Of a DNA stretch of 64,000 nucleotides, positions 22,972 through 35,552 are shown piece by piece. Source of the stretch: Octopus sinensis (taxonomy: Eukaryota); contig NC_043001.1 of assembly GCF_006345805.1 (NCBI RefSeq), forward strand, positions 10,106,001 to 10,170,000, read 5' to 3'. Under the pieces are notes generated by a model. That model saw only the letters and a program-made list of their open reading frames with translations. It was not told the origin of the DNA and ran no database searches. Every line of letters begins with the position of its first letter. The first letter of the stretch is position 1. The position numbers were made by a program, and so were the translations under genes.

Positions 22972-23700
22972 CTGTAATTAAATAAGAAATGAACTATAAA
23001 TATTTCACCACCTTTTGTGCTGTCAGTCATCATTTCCTCTGGAAACATTTCTGTTTGACATCCATAATGCATGAAAATTTGACTTGGGAACACATCTTGC
23101 ATTGAATCTGGCTTTTAAGATATTCTTCTACTTACATTAGGATTGTTTGCATGAAATAAAATATATAAAGAAAGGCTGTTAATGAAACATCAGAAATCTA
23201 ATTTTTGAAAACAGAAGGAAAATATTTTGTGCACATCCTTAAATTTTGTGCACATTTAAGGATTACATTCTTAGCATTATGTTGTTGCAAATATCCTTGC
23301 ATATGTAAGTATTTGCCTTAAAATCTTTTTTTTTTTTAATATTTAGAAACATTTAAAGCCCCCATTTTTTTTTTTTTACTGAAAATATATAGCCATGAGA
23401 AGTAATTTACTAAAAGAATTAAAATGTGAACTCTGTAAACTTCAAATTTCTCCAAGTCTCGGTGTATGTAAGCGAAAATTAGATATTGATTCTTCAATCA
23501 GGATAACAGTTTTAAGTGTCAGTTTTGATTTTTTAAAAATTCTATTATTTTCTGTGGAAAATAATATTGGTTTCTATATTATAGATATGACTGCTTTTCA
23601 TACATTTCCTTGAAACAGTTTCCAGTATTCAGATTGATTATGTAAGACATTGCAATATTTGATGCTCTGTTTGTGTGTGAGAGAGAGATAGAGTATGTGT

Positions 23701-23880
<180 letters not shown>

Positions 23881-24532
23881 AGAGTATAACATTTTTTGTT
23901 TTAAAGAAACAATAAATGAAATCTATAATAAGAATTATAATTTTCAGATTGTTTTTCAAATTGTTATTGACAACTTACCGTAGAGTATGTTTGTGCAGAC
24001 TTACCTATAATTTTAGAGTTTCTTTCTTCTGTCTGGCAGTTTATTTTGCATAAAAAGCATTTTCTCATAGCTTGCATTAGTCCTATTTACCATACAAGGA
24101 ACTGTCAGCAACTGCTGATTATCTGAGCCATAAAAGAAACTCTACTTTCCTATTGATGTATGTTAGCATAACAAGTAAATTGCATTTTGTCAGGGGAAGA
24201 AAAAATGTCAAGCATATTTTTTTTTCTTTTGTTGCTTTGGTTTTTTCCTGAATGTGTCCTTGATCTCTAGAAGCTGTGGCTACCTCAGTCTTAAAGATTT
24301 ATGATTACACTTGATGTTCAGTATTGAGAAATTAGTGCTTTTAGATTTCATCCTTTGGCAGGTGGTAATGAAATGAGTACCTGTCAAATTAATGGGTCTA
24401 TATAACCAAATACAACTCTGTGTTTCCCTACCAAATAAAAGAAAAAGAAAAACTTGACTTTGTTAGAAATCATTTTTAGGATTTTTGTGAAATTTCATTT
24501 TTGTTTTTTCGGAAAAAAATTTAAACAACTTT

Positions 24533-24743
24533 TACTCTTTTACTTGTTTCAGTCATGTGACTGTGGCCATGCTGGAGCACCACCTTTAGTCGAGCAAATC
24601 GACCACAGGTCTTATTCTTTGTAAGCCTAGTACTTATTCTATCGGTCTCTTTTGCCGAAACACTAAGTTACGGGGATGTAAACAAACCAGCATCAGTTGT
24701 CAAGCGATGCTGGCGGGACAAACATAAAAACACACACACATAC

Positions 24744-24825
<82 letters not shown>

Positions 24826-24995
24826 ATATATACGATGGGCTTCTTTCAGTTTCCATCTACCAAATCCACTCACAAGGCTTTGGTCAGCCCGAAGCTATAG
24901 TGGAAGACACTTGCCCAAGGTGCCACGCAGTGGAACTGAACCCGGAACCATGTGGTTGGTTAACAAGCTACTTGCCACACAGCCACTCCTACGCC
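24533..24995 (-). mobile_element. SINE-A, full length
   Basis: Matches the family consensus end to end. Confidence 0.92.
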
Positions 24996-26819
24996 CATAA
25001 ACCTGCTTATGTTTTGTAGATCTTCATGAAATTTTCAGCAAATTGTCATGTTAGACTAGAATGAAAAGCTTAATAGCAGAAGATAGAATAAAGTTTGAAT
25101 AAATGCCCACAGGAAACCTTTCTTTCTAGTTTTATTTTGTCCTCCTCATCCAAGTGTTTTGAAAACCCAGTAGTCTTCACATGCTAGAATTTATAACTTC
25201 ATCTACTCTTGAATTCCACCATTAAAAATTATTGATTTCAAACCTCTTAGAGTTTATAAATTCTTATGATGTAAGCAATGTACAATTTCTGCTGGTAAGA
25301 ACAAAGCTTCTAAAATGGCTGGGCAAGGTTCAAAATGATTGTTTTGCTATAATGGTTGGAATGTCTGTAATGTTTGAAGATATGGGTTCATGCTCCTGGG
25401 CAGCCTTCCGTTTTTTTTTTTTCTTCCATATCCAATATTCTACATACACTCTATTATCTATAGCCTTATCTATTTCAAGCTTCACCATTAAAAACAAGTT
25501 ATGAAAATGTCCAGGGGTTCAATGAAAAGATTAGCTGAAGTTGACATTAATGTCCTCTCTAAACTGACCCTGCAAACGTGCTCAGGTCTGATCATTGGTA
25601 TTGTTAGGGGCATTTTAGTTTCCTAACTTCAGTTTGAAATAATGTTACATCATCATTTTTAATGGCTTCAAGAAGTGCATAAAGCTTACTTTGGTAAATT
25701 TTTCAAAGTGTTACTCTGATTCATATGTACGGCCTTTAAGCTAAAATGGGTTTTGCTATTAATGTTTAATAACAAAACGAAGTAAGGCAAATGTTTTGAA
25801 AAGCTTTGTGATGTACAAAATAACAGAACAAATTTAAAATGGTACTGTAGGTTTTGATGGTAGAGAAAATTTAATCTGTTACATACTTGGCAGAAGTGTA
25901 TATTATTAGCAAGTCAATAATATGTTATTATGCTATTATTAACATTTTTGTTTATTATTCTTATTTTATTTATATAATTATTTTATAAATTTTTTGGTCT
26001 GTTATGGACTGAGTGATGAACTTCTAGTGATCTGAAAAGATTTTCCGAAGATACTGGAGTGATTTCCTGCTCCTTTCTCCATAAGAGTCTTTGTACCAAG
26101 TATGCAAAATAAAAAAATAAAAAATAGGGGGGTCAGATCACACACACACACACACACACAAACAATGTTTTGTTTCTTTTTGTTTTTTAAACAGGTCTCT
26201 TGATCCGGGCATGAATGGACTATTACTATTGTTTGGAGAAACTTGTCAAAAAATTATTTTTTTGTAGGAAAATTATGTTGATACTCCTTCATAAAGAAAA
26301 AAAAAAAACAAAAAAAAGTAAAAAAAACTAATTTGGTAAATTGTGAGAAAATGTTATAAAATATCAAGAATATAAATGAGGAAAGTGTCAATAATTCATA
26401 ATAATGATTTATATGATAATTTTCCTTTAACCTTTAATGTTTTTGCTTATTACACAATATTTTGCAGACAGCAATTGCGTATGGCAAGATTACTATGCTC
26501 TTTTCACATATATTCTGCAACAACAGTCATTATATGAATTTAATTGCTTAAAAATGCAAGTTGAAAATTCAAATTAGATTTTGTTGATGACAACAGTGTA
26601 ACATTATAAATATGGTGAAGATTTTAATATTCTATTATACGATAAATATTTAATATATTCTATCAAAATAATCAATGATCTTAGTTAATATAAATTGGTA
26701 ATTCAGTGGCAGTACAGTAGACTTGTAGCAAATTAAGTCCCGAAACCACACTGCAGTTTGTAGACAATACCAGTGCATATCACTTATCTCAATGGTGAGA
26801 TTGTTACATGCTTGCTTAA

Positions 26820-27040
26820 CCCTTTCATTACCAACCCGGCTGAAACCGGCTCTGGTTCTATAATACAAATTTCTTGTTTTCATAAGTTTTGAATTAAAAT
26901 CTTCCACCAAACCTTAGTCACAATTTATGTTCCTAACACTAGCTGAATGATAACTAAGTTATTTTACTAAATTCTTTGTTATATTTAAAATAATTGAAAG
27001 AAAAACAGAGCATTTCAAAATAAATATGGTAATGAAATGG
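26820..27040. mobile_element. piggyBac-type MITE, family 1
   Basis: TTAA|CCCTTTCATTAC...GTAATGAAATGG|TTAA. Confidence 0.8.
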
Positions 27041-28639
27041 TTAACCTACTAGAAATAGAAGCCAAGTTATTCATAAAAACCACATCCTGCCATCCTGAAA
27101 AATGAAAGGACTTGCTGGATAAAGAAGTCCAACACAGACCCTAAAGATGAGGCGATCAAGTTTAGAGTATGTTTTGATCATAAGATTGCTTAAGGAGATC
27201 TGAGCTGGGATTAATCAGCAACTAATTATGCTAAGACTCACTCAGTTTTATTTGTGACTTCTTAAGGGTGAGGAGGCTGCATTCATATGAGAAGTGATCA
27301 GATATTTATGAATGATTTCAATTGTAAGAGATAATGTATTAAATTTCATCGAGAGATGCTAAATTCATTACATTCTGATACTGTATTTTCATTGGTGTTG
27401 CAACTAATGCAACATACGCAAGTGCAACCAGTGCAACATACAGAGTATATTTGAATATCAGGAAATTTGCAATTTCTTATGCAAATAAACTGTTTAACAT
27501 TTGATGGGAGGTGAGGTTTAGGAAGAGGTGTTGTGGTATTAAAATGAGAAACAGCTTAATTATCTCTGTTTATATATGTACTATATAGGTTGTAGATTAA
27601 TTAATTCTTCAAAACTTGAGTTAAGAATACTTGTTAATCAAAGTTTAGAAGCAATTAACTTCAAGGCAAAATGGCAGTGTCCCTCCCATTATGAAACAAT
27701 ATGTCTGTTACTAGAATGGTTTGTTGGAGTCTATGACTTATATCATTATCAGATTACTTACTTGACACTTAATTTTATCCTTCTATCACTGAGCCCTTTC
27801 TGAAACCCTTAGCTTCAGCAAGTATCATTACACCATTAGAATGGGTATGTATTGATACATGGAAGGAAATCCCTTTGTTTTTTTATAATTCTCCTAAAGT
27901 AGAATAAAAATAATTAGGTTTTAATATAGAATTATTAACTCAGATTACATTACTCTAATGGAAGCCAATAATGGAAAGAATATGTGAGCAAATACAATGC
28001 AATATATACTCAAAAATGCACACTGATTTAAAAAAAAAACCAAAAAAGCAGAACCCAAAGATCCATGTGCAAAAAGTATCACGCTGCTTATGAAATAAAC
28101 CAGTATGCAAATTAAGAAAGCAGTCGAAAGTTCACTTTAAAAGGACACTAGGTGAACGCACGAAATAATGCAGAATCACTAAATTTAGTTCAATACTTAG
28201 TCAGGACATAGAATTAAATTAGAGCAATATAACAATAATTTTATCCCATCTTCATAGCAGCATGTGATGGGACTGAATAGTAAAGAATTGTTAGGATATG
28301 TATGCTATTTTCTGCTTAAAAGATTTCCTGCAGAAATAAAAAGACTTTATTAAGATGGTTTCTTAGCTAAGTGTCATATAATAAGAATGACTGCAAACTC
28401 GATAGATTTAGGAAATATCTCATAAAACTAATTAAGTGATGCAGATGTTTGTGCTACAATATAAACCAATCTTACTATATATTTTTAAACATTACATAGA
28501 TCTACATACAGAAGAAAATTAGATCCTGTTTGATATGAAATATTTTATACAAATTCTCTTGCATATTACATATGTTTGTTAACTATTCATTTACATCTTT
28601 GCACTTATTTTCAAGCTTTTCTACATTTATTTTCATTCG

Positions 28640-28640
<1 letters not shown>

Positions 28641-28680
<40 letters not shown>
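28641..28680. repeat. (TA)n microsatellite
   Basis: Direct inspection. Confidence 0.95.
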
Positions 28681-28681
<1 letters not shown>

Positions 28682-29022
28682 TTTACTTTGCCACAAGAAT
28701 CTATGGATATGTATCTGTGTGTGCCAATTATCATTTTACATAGACTTTAACATGTTTATATAAGTCAGACAAAACTATTTTCAGTGGCTGAATGCTCTTC
28801 TTCCTGCCAACCTTCATGTGTTTATAAACAAGTTGATTTTTCTTCTCATTCTTTGAACAATGATCAGATCAATGATCAGATATGGTTCTATTGAGGACTG
28901 AAAACAAAATAGCACCATTTATAAGACCACTGTTTTTACGTACAATCAGCAAGCAACTATCAAAGTCCATGTGTGTGCACACACTAAAAAAAAGACCCAT
29001 GAAGGTCTATGTGTGTGTATAA

Positions 29023-29057
<35 letters not shown>

Positions 29058-29084
29058 GTCTATGTATACATTTATATACATCTA

Positions 29085-29298
29085 TGAGGGGGTGCTGAAA
29101 AGTTCTTAGCTTTAAGGGTATTACAAAAGGTTTGGCTGGAGGCCCAACCATCCGAGTTCTTTTTAGAGGGCTTAGAAAAACTGAAGGGCTGCTGCAATAA
29201 GTGTCTGAATCTGAGAAGGGAATATGTGGAATGAAATCATAATTAACTAATTCTCCTGTATTTTCTTTTACCCAAAGCCAGGACTCTATCAGCACCCA

Positions 29299-29302
<4 letters not shown>
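29085..29302 (+). mobile_element. mariner-derived MITE
   Basis: TA|TGAGGGGGTGCTGAAAAGTTC...TCAGCACCCACTCA|TA terminal inverted repeats. Internal GLEKLKGCCNKCLNLRREYVE* resembles the mariner transposase C-terminus. Confidence 0.8.

Positions 29303-29362
<60 letters not shown>
29303..29362. repeat. (TA)n microsatellite
   Basis: Direct inspection. Confidence 0.95.
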
Positions 29363-29363
<1 letters not shown>

Positions 29364-29868
29364 TACACACATATGTAATAATAATATGAGGGAATATTAT
29401 TCCAAACTTACAGGGAAAAATTCAATTTAGAAAAACTAAATCAAATTTCACAAAATATAATATATATAAATTAGAAAAAAACACCTTTTATCAATTTGAT
29501 AATGAAAATTAAATTGCACCATCTAGAAAATTACATATTATAGAAAATTTAAATATAAGATGAAAAATATAACGATGATTAAGTAATGTGCAAAATAATA
29601 AATAAAACGTATATATATATACATATATATATATCATATGTATATATATATATATGTTTGTGTATGTGTCCTCTTGCCTTGACATTGTTTGCTAATTGTA
29701 AGCAATCACGATCAGTATGACAGTGATGTTTGCTTACAATTAGCAGTGATAGTATATCAGGCCATTGAAATGTTAATGTTTAAAGGAATCAGGAAGACAT
29801 CACTCTTGTTTAGAAACCAGTGTAGGTTGGCAATCGGATGAGCGTATGATAAAAAATCAGCATCAACA

Positions 29869-30183
29869 CAGTGGTTCTCAACCATTTTGTTTTACCTATG
29901 CACCTCCTTTGTTCACTATTTTTAGTTTGGTGGACCCCCATAGCCTCTTTAAAATGTAGTTTTATAGATACTTCCAAAATTCTATTTTGTTCTTCATTCA
30001 TTCGCTTCTGTAGTTTGAACTATGTAAAATGTTAAAGAAAGAAACCTAGCTGTTTTTTACTATACATTTAAATCAAAACTTTCCATAGGCTCCTTAAGAT
30101 AATACTGTGGCTCCCCAATTTACTATTTTCCCAGCATGGCCTCCACCCACAAATCTTATGTGAACCCTGGTCGAGAACCGCTG
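29869..30183. mobile_element. hAT-type MITE
   Basis: Terminal inverted repeats CAGTGGTTCTCAACC / GGTCGAGAACCGCTG. The 8-bp target-site duplication is not preserved. Confidence 0.65.
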
Positions 30184-30815
30184 ATCTAATACATTAAAGC
30201 ATGGAAAATTGAACTTTAAAGTGATGGTGACATTACACAGCTTCTTCTTCTTCTTCTTCCTCCAGGGACATCTTGCCTGCTCTTTCATTAAGTGTTGGAC
30301 TGTGTTTCTGAATAGTGTTTTGTGGGGGGGGGGAATGTTCTTGTCAACAACTGCTTTAGTCAACTCTTATATTATGGAAGGCCATGGTGCACCTATTCAG
30401 AAAATAGGACATGCTGTATATTTATGCAATCATACATGTATACATATGCAATCTATCATGCACACACACACACGTGCATTCACAATAAATATCTTCAACA
30501 AGAAAAATAACATGAAATGCAACTTAACTGAAATTTCCTTCTTGTGTTTTACTATTAAGTAAATTTTATATTATTAAGCATAAATAGTTTTTATTTACTA
30601 TTGAATATAGAACAAATTGCAATTAACAGAATATTACATTGTCTCAGAATAAGAACCTATAGAATATTGATTTTTCCAAATTAAATGCCTGTGTATAGCT
30701 TTGAATTTTGCGCTGATACCACTAACTGCAATCGTTGGTTTGAAACTTGCTTTCCATTATTGTTGCTACCAATCAAGCTACTGCAATATCATAAATGTGT
30801 CTCCTATGGACATTT

Positions 30816-30822
<7 letters not shown>

Positions 30823-30876
<54 letters not shown>
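30823..30876. repeat. (TA)n microsatellite
   Basis: Direct inspection. Confidence 0.95.
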
Positions 30877-30882
<6 letters not shown>

Positions 30883-31933
30883 TCTCATATAAGATGTGCA
30901 TGCATGTATGTATGGAGACTCATATGCATATGTTTGTTTGTGTGTGTATGTATATATGTAAAATAGCAAAACAAAATTATCATAAATTTTTGTTGCTGAA
31001 TGTCTAATAATATTTGTTGTTCTTGTAAGTTATATTGATTTAGAAATCTCTTTCATCATCTTGTTCACTTGTGAAACTAAAGTTAGCTTCTCAATATGAT
31101 CTTTCTGTCTGTGTGTCTGCCACCACCCCCATCTTTCTGTTTCTGTCTTCTTATATACACATACATAGATGCAAGGTGTGTATTTTAATTGATCAAAAAC
31201 CTTCATTGGATGTTGTCTCATTTTAAAAAAACCAGCCTAACAATAATATATAAAAAAAAATCAAAAATGTTCAGCAACTGACTACAGTCAAGCAATTATT
31301 GTAATATTGAAAATTAAATTAAATTGATATCTTTACTTGATTGCTCAACTGAATATAGATCAATGCCACTGGTTTATTTCCTATCTTAATTGACCCTCAC
31401 ATTCTACTCCACCCTGTTCTATGTTTTATGTTAAGACAACGTACCATAATCTTCACTTGCTTTGATATTAAAGTTCGTTTTTTTATTTTTTCATTGTAGA
31501 TATATTTTGTCTGGATTTAAATTTCTTCTTTCACAATTTTCGTTTTTTTGTTTTTTTTATAGTAATTCTTGATTTATTTTTTTCAATAGAAAATAATTAG
31601 AAGGAAGTGGGGGGAGAATTTAGACAGATCTCTGGAAATATTCGAAAGCTATACTAAGTAGCTCACTTAATTTTGTCAGAATAAATCTTTCCTAGATGTT
31701 CTTATTTTGCTAGATTATCATGAACCATGAACCTAGCTTGGTGAAGTATTTATTCTTAATAGTAAAAATACATGTCTTGCCATTTCTATTTATGTTTGAT
31801 TCTTTTAAATTCACTTTGTTACAGATTTTGTTCAGTAATCTTAAAGCAAGTCAAAATACTAAATGGCATGATCACTTTAAAAGCATACATCTTACAGCAT
31901 TGTAAAAATATGACTGATTGCTCTGCATTTCAG

Positions 31934-32057
31934 TTTATTGTGAAATGTTGGTTGAATCAGTCTTGGAGTACGGTGTGGAGGGAGAATGGATTTCATATTC
32001 TCTTTGTACATATGTTAGCTGCCAATATATAGAAGACAGCTGCGTTCAGCTTTTGAG
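31934..32057 (+). CDS. Candidate 124-nt exon (YCEMLVESVLEYGVEGEWISYSLCTYVSCQYIEDSCVQLL)
   Basis: Acceptor ctgattgctctgcatttcag| and donor GAG|gtacat. One open frame, relatively GC-rich, no recognised homology. Confidence 0.2.
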
Positions 32058-33890
32058 GTACATGTATGTTTGTATATGTATGTAGCTGTATAAATTTCAA
32101 TTGTTTTGCTCTCAGCAATATGGCAAATGTTATATTTCTGATGAGGTTACAAGCGACTTTGTTTACTGATTTTTGATTGATAGCGCTATCATCTAATAGA
32201 ACCATTTCACTTTGAATGGTTTGTAGTGAATCTTGGTTTTTGATTGGTTGCATCTATTTACCTGAATATTTCAGACATGTATGTAATTACCTGCAGAAGA
32301 GACATCCTTCTATTTTCACTTTCACATTCATTTGACTGTTTTTTTGTATCCAAATCTCATGGAACATTTGAATTAGGTCACAGCTGAATGGGTTACCAAG
32401 TTCACTAAGACAAGATGGTTAACAACCTTGCATAAGTGTAACTTTAATAGAAATATGTCTTAATAACAACATGGCTTCTCTACTATTTTTCTTTGCAATT
32501 TAATAATCTTTCATTACTATTATTCAATAGAAAACAAATCCTCGAGCTATGGAGCAAATAAATAAGCAAGACTCTTGTAGCAATGAGAGTTATCATCAAT
32601 ATGTTTGTTTGATCTGCATGAAAAAATAACAAAATCTTTCTCAAATCACATTGGTTACCTTAAAATAATCCTACATGAATGTAGTCATAAATATACAATA
32701 CTCAAAAGGGAATACAGACATGGGCATGTGCTGTCAACTATATCTAAGGTCTACCATCACTTGTTAATAAAATAAGTAGATGAAAACTGCAAGGAAGCCT
32801 GTGATGCGAGTGTGTGTGTGTGTGTGCATGTGTGTATACATAGATGTTAGCACTAAGTGAAAGACTGTAACATTGTTTCCTTTTTCCAGTAGATGACCAG
32901 TGGAGTTACCTTGGAAAACAAATTAGGGTTGGCCACAGGAAGTGCGTCCAACCACTGAGACTTGTCTCACTTAGGTTTCATCCAATCTATTCCAGCATAG
33001 GAAAACAGATGTAGATTATGATGATATATATTTCTTGGCTGTATTACAGAAATTGAAGGCAGAATCATATTGAATTTTCTGCTGGAATGATAAACTTGAC
33101 AGTGTTAATGGATTATTTTCTGACATTAAATTCTGCTTGTTCATGAAATGATAGCCAATATAATTTCTTCTTTTTTTATATATATTTTTTTTTCTGTGTT
33201 TTTGCATGTTCTTTTTTCCTTTTTTTTTTGCTATCCCTAAACCCTTCAAAAAATCCTTAATATTTTTTTCCCCTTACTGATTCTGAAACTTTCATGACAT
33301 TGAGCAAAACCATTTAAAACTCTTTATCGATGAAAAACATTGGCATTTGGTAGAGTTAATCAAATTCCTTAATACACTTTAAGCCTCTTACTTATCAAGT
33401 GTCACAAAATTTGTGTCACAAATTATTGTTTATGAGTTCCAGTAAAAAAGTGTTTCTTGTCACTCTGATATACAACCATAAGAAGCAGCACCCTAAAATT
33501 GATAAAGTATTTGTTAGCTTACTGTGTTGAATTTAATTCTTCTCAATGTATGGCTTCAGCTTAATGCCTATATTTCACCATTATACCCAAGTGTAAAATG
33601 GAATTAGGTATGATCTCTTACAGAAAGATATGTAAATGAATTTTTTTCTCAATATGACGAAAATATAAGAAATGTGATTAGTATATTCATTATATATTCA
33701 TTGGTTGTGTCAAGATATCCTGTTTTATTGATATTTCTCATTCTTACTTAGGCTGTGGCTGATAGAATTGAACAACATGCAGGATTTATTTAAATCCTTT
33801 TGCATTCTATGTTCAAATCCAACCTGGATTGACTTTGTCGAGCAATCTTCTGCAGTTGTTAACTTAGGGTCATCCAATTATTTGGCTTAA

Positions 33891-34099
33891 CCCTTCAGCA
33901 TTTAAGCCAGCCATATCCGCCCAAAAGTATTCTGCCTGTTTTATGTTCAAACTGGCCAGATCTGGTCTCTCACACCAACCCTACAATATCGTTTTAAAAA
34001 TTAACAGCTACCTCTTCAAAATCTCATAGCTACAAGATAATGCATGATTAGTTCAAAACAATGTGGATGAAAAAGATTTAATTATGACAGAATAATGGG
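33891..34099. mobile_element. piggyBac-type MITE, family 2
   Basis: TTAA|CCCTTCAGCATT...ATAATGGG|TTAA; internally homologous to 12157-12375. Confidence 0.75.
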
Positions 34100-34743
34100 T
34101 TAATAAAATCACCTACTCTCCTTATTAAAATGGTACCCTTTTCTTATTCTTACAAGTAGTAACAATAGTAGCAAAGCATATATTTGCTGTCTAGGGTACT
34201 GTCTAGGGTACATTTTCCTGAAGTCATATTCTTTGTGGGTAGTTAAATTTAAACACATTCAATTGTTTGCTGATTAGAAAAGTTTAGAAACACTTAATTT
34301 TAACTTTGTACCCATAAACTACTCATCATATAACCAATTGGTTAAAAGGAAGCCAACATACTTCTATTGGTGAAATTTCTTCTGGTCAGAAGCAATATAA
34401 TTGCAAGACTGAGAATCGGTATTATCTGTGAGAAATATCTCCCTGCAATTTGGCATTTCTTTTAATTGGTGTAAGTAGAAAATTTACCTTTATATCTATT
34501 ATTGTGTGAGTAAAAATAAGATAGTTACTCAGTTTGTTTTATCTGCTTCCTGAACATAGAAAATGAAAACCATCGATCATTAAACAGTAGCTACTGAATT
34601 TGGAGTTTTGTAATTTCTATCCACCTATCAAAAGATAGGGTACCTAAAACAGCAATACCTAATACAGTTCTATATTTAAGAGATGAGGAATTATGTACAT
34701 TATTTACATTTGCCAGATATTTCTCCTCCTCTTGTTTGTTGTT

Positions 34744-34789
34744 AACACAACGTTTCAGCTGATATACCCTCCAGCCTTCATCAGGTGTC
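34744..34789 (-). ncRNA. Minimal type I hammerhead ribozyme motif, core intact
   Basis: GACAC-CTGATGA-A-GGCTG-GAGGGTATAT-CAGCT-GAAAC-GTT-GTGTT. Helix I is GACAC/GTGTT, helix II is GGCTG/CAGCT, helix III is the palindrome ACGT. Predicted cleavage after GUU (34749/34748). Confidence 0.75.
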
Positions 34790-35022
34790 TTGGGGAAATT
34801 TTGAACCTGGTTTCTCATCCCTAAGGTATTTTTCAATGTTATTATGATTATTATTCAGGTCACTGCTTGGAATCGAACTCAGAATCTTGGGGTTAGTATC
34901 CCGCACTTTTAACCACGATGCCATATGCCCATGGGCATAATTATAATAATAATAATAATAATAATAACGACAACATTGAAAAATACCTTAGGAATGAGAA
35001 CCCAGGTTTGAAATTTCCCCAA

Positions 35023-35068
35023 GACACCTGATAAAGGCTGGAGGGTATATCAGCTGAAACATTGTGTT
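35023..35068 (+). ncRNA. Hammerhead motif of the right arm, degenerate
   Basis: GACAC-CTGATAA-A-GGCTG...CAGCT-GAAAC-ATT-GTGTT, with G8A and G16.2A substitutions. Confidence 0.55.
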
Positions 35069-35435
35069 AACAACAAAAATGAGGAGAAATAACCGTCGAA
35101 TGTAAATAACGTACAGCAGTACCTAGTTTGAAGATGAATTCTAAGTAAATGTTTACCTGAATTTCATATTCTGTCAACTTAAGCAATTTTCTTTTTTTTT
35201 TTATTTTATTTGTGAACAATATGAACAAATTACATATAAGTTTGCTATTCTGGATACAAAGAGGATTTAGTTTAATCAATGGTTATTATGTCAGCTCAAT
35301 TATTGCAAATTAATGATTGATGGAAATCACTACTGTAAACGAAATAATAAGAATATTGTAACAGATAATTTACAAATTTTCCTGGGCCAGAAATGCTGTA
35401 GGGGACTTGGCACAGTTGACCAAATTGATTCAGTA

Positions 35436-35552
35436 CTTATTATTATTGTTATTATTATTATCATCGTTATTCAGGTCACTGCTTGGAATCAAACTCGGAA
35501 TCTTGAGGTTAGTAGCCCGCACACTTAACCACTACACCATATGCCCGTGGTA
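35436..35552 (-). mobile_element. Solo family-D tRNA-derived head plus (AAT)n
   Basis: ttattcaggtcactgcttggaatcaaactcggaatc...aaccactacaccatatgcccgtgg, without arms. Confidence 0.8.

Larger units (their letters stand above)
34663..35114 (-). mobile_element. Family D foldback element: tRNA-derived head between inverted arms, each with a hammerhead motif
   Basis: Left arm about 34695-34855 and right arm about 34950-35114 are reverse complements. The central 34856-34937 reads on the minus strand as a tRNA-like head (A box TGGCATCGTGG, B box GAGTTCGATTCC). The same layout recurs at 48300-48696. Confidence 0.85.

Noticed and set aside
27762-27894. Minus-strand exon candidate with strong splice sites
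   Set aside because: Stops occur in all frames and there is no supporting context, so it cannot be distinguished from a pseudo-exon.
34856-34937. Bona fide tRNA gene
   Set aside because: A and B boxes are present but no full cloverleaf; it is a repeated SINE-type head, as are the SINE-A and SINE-C heads.
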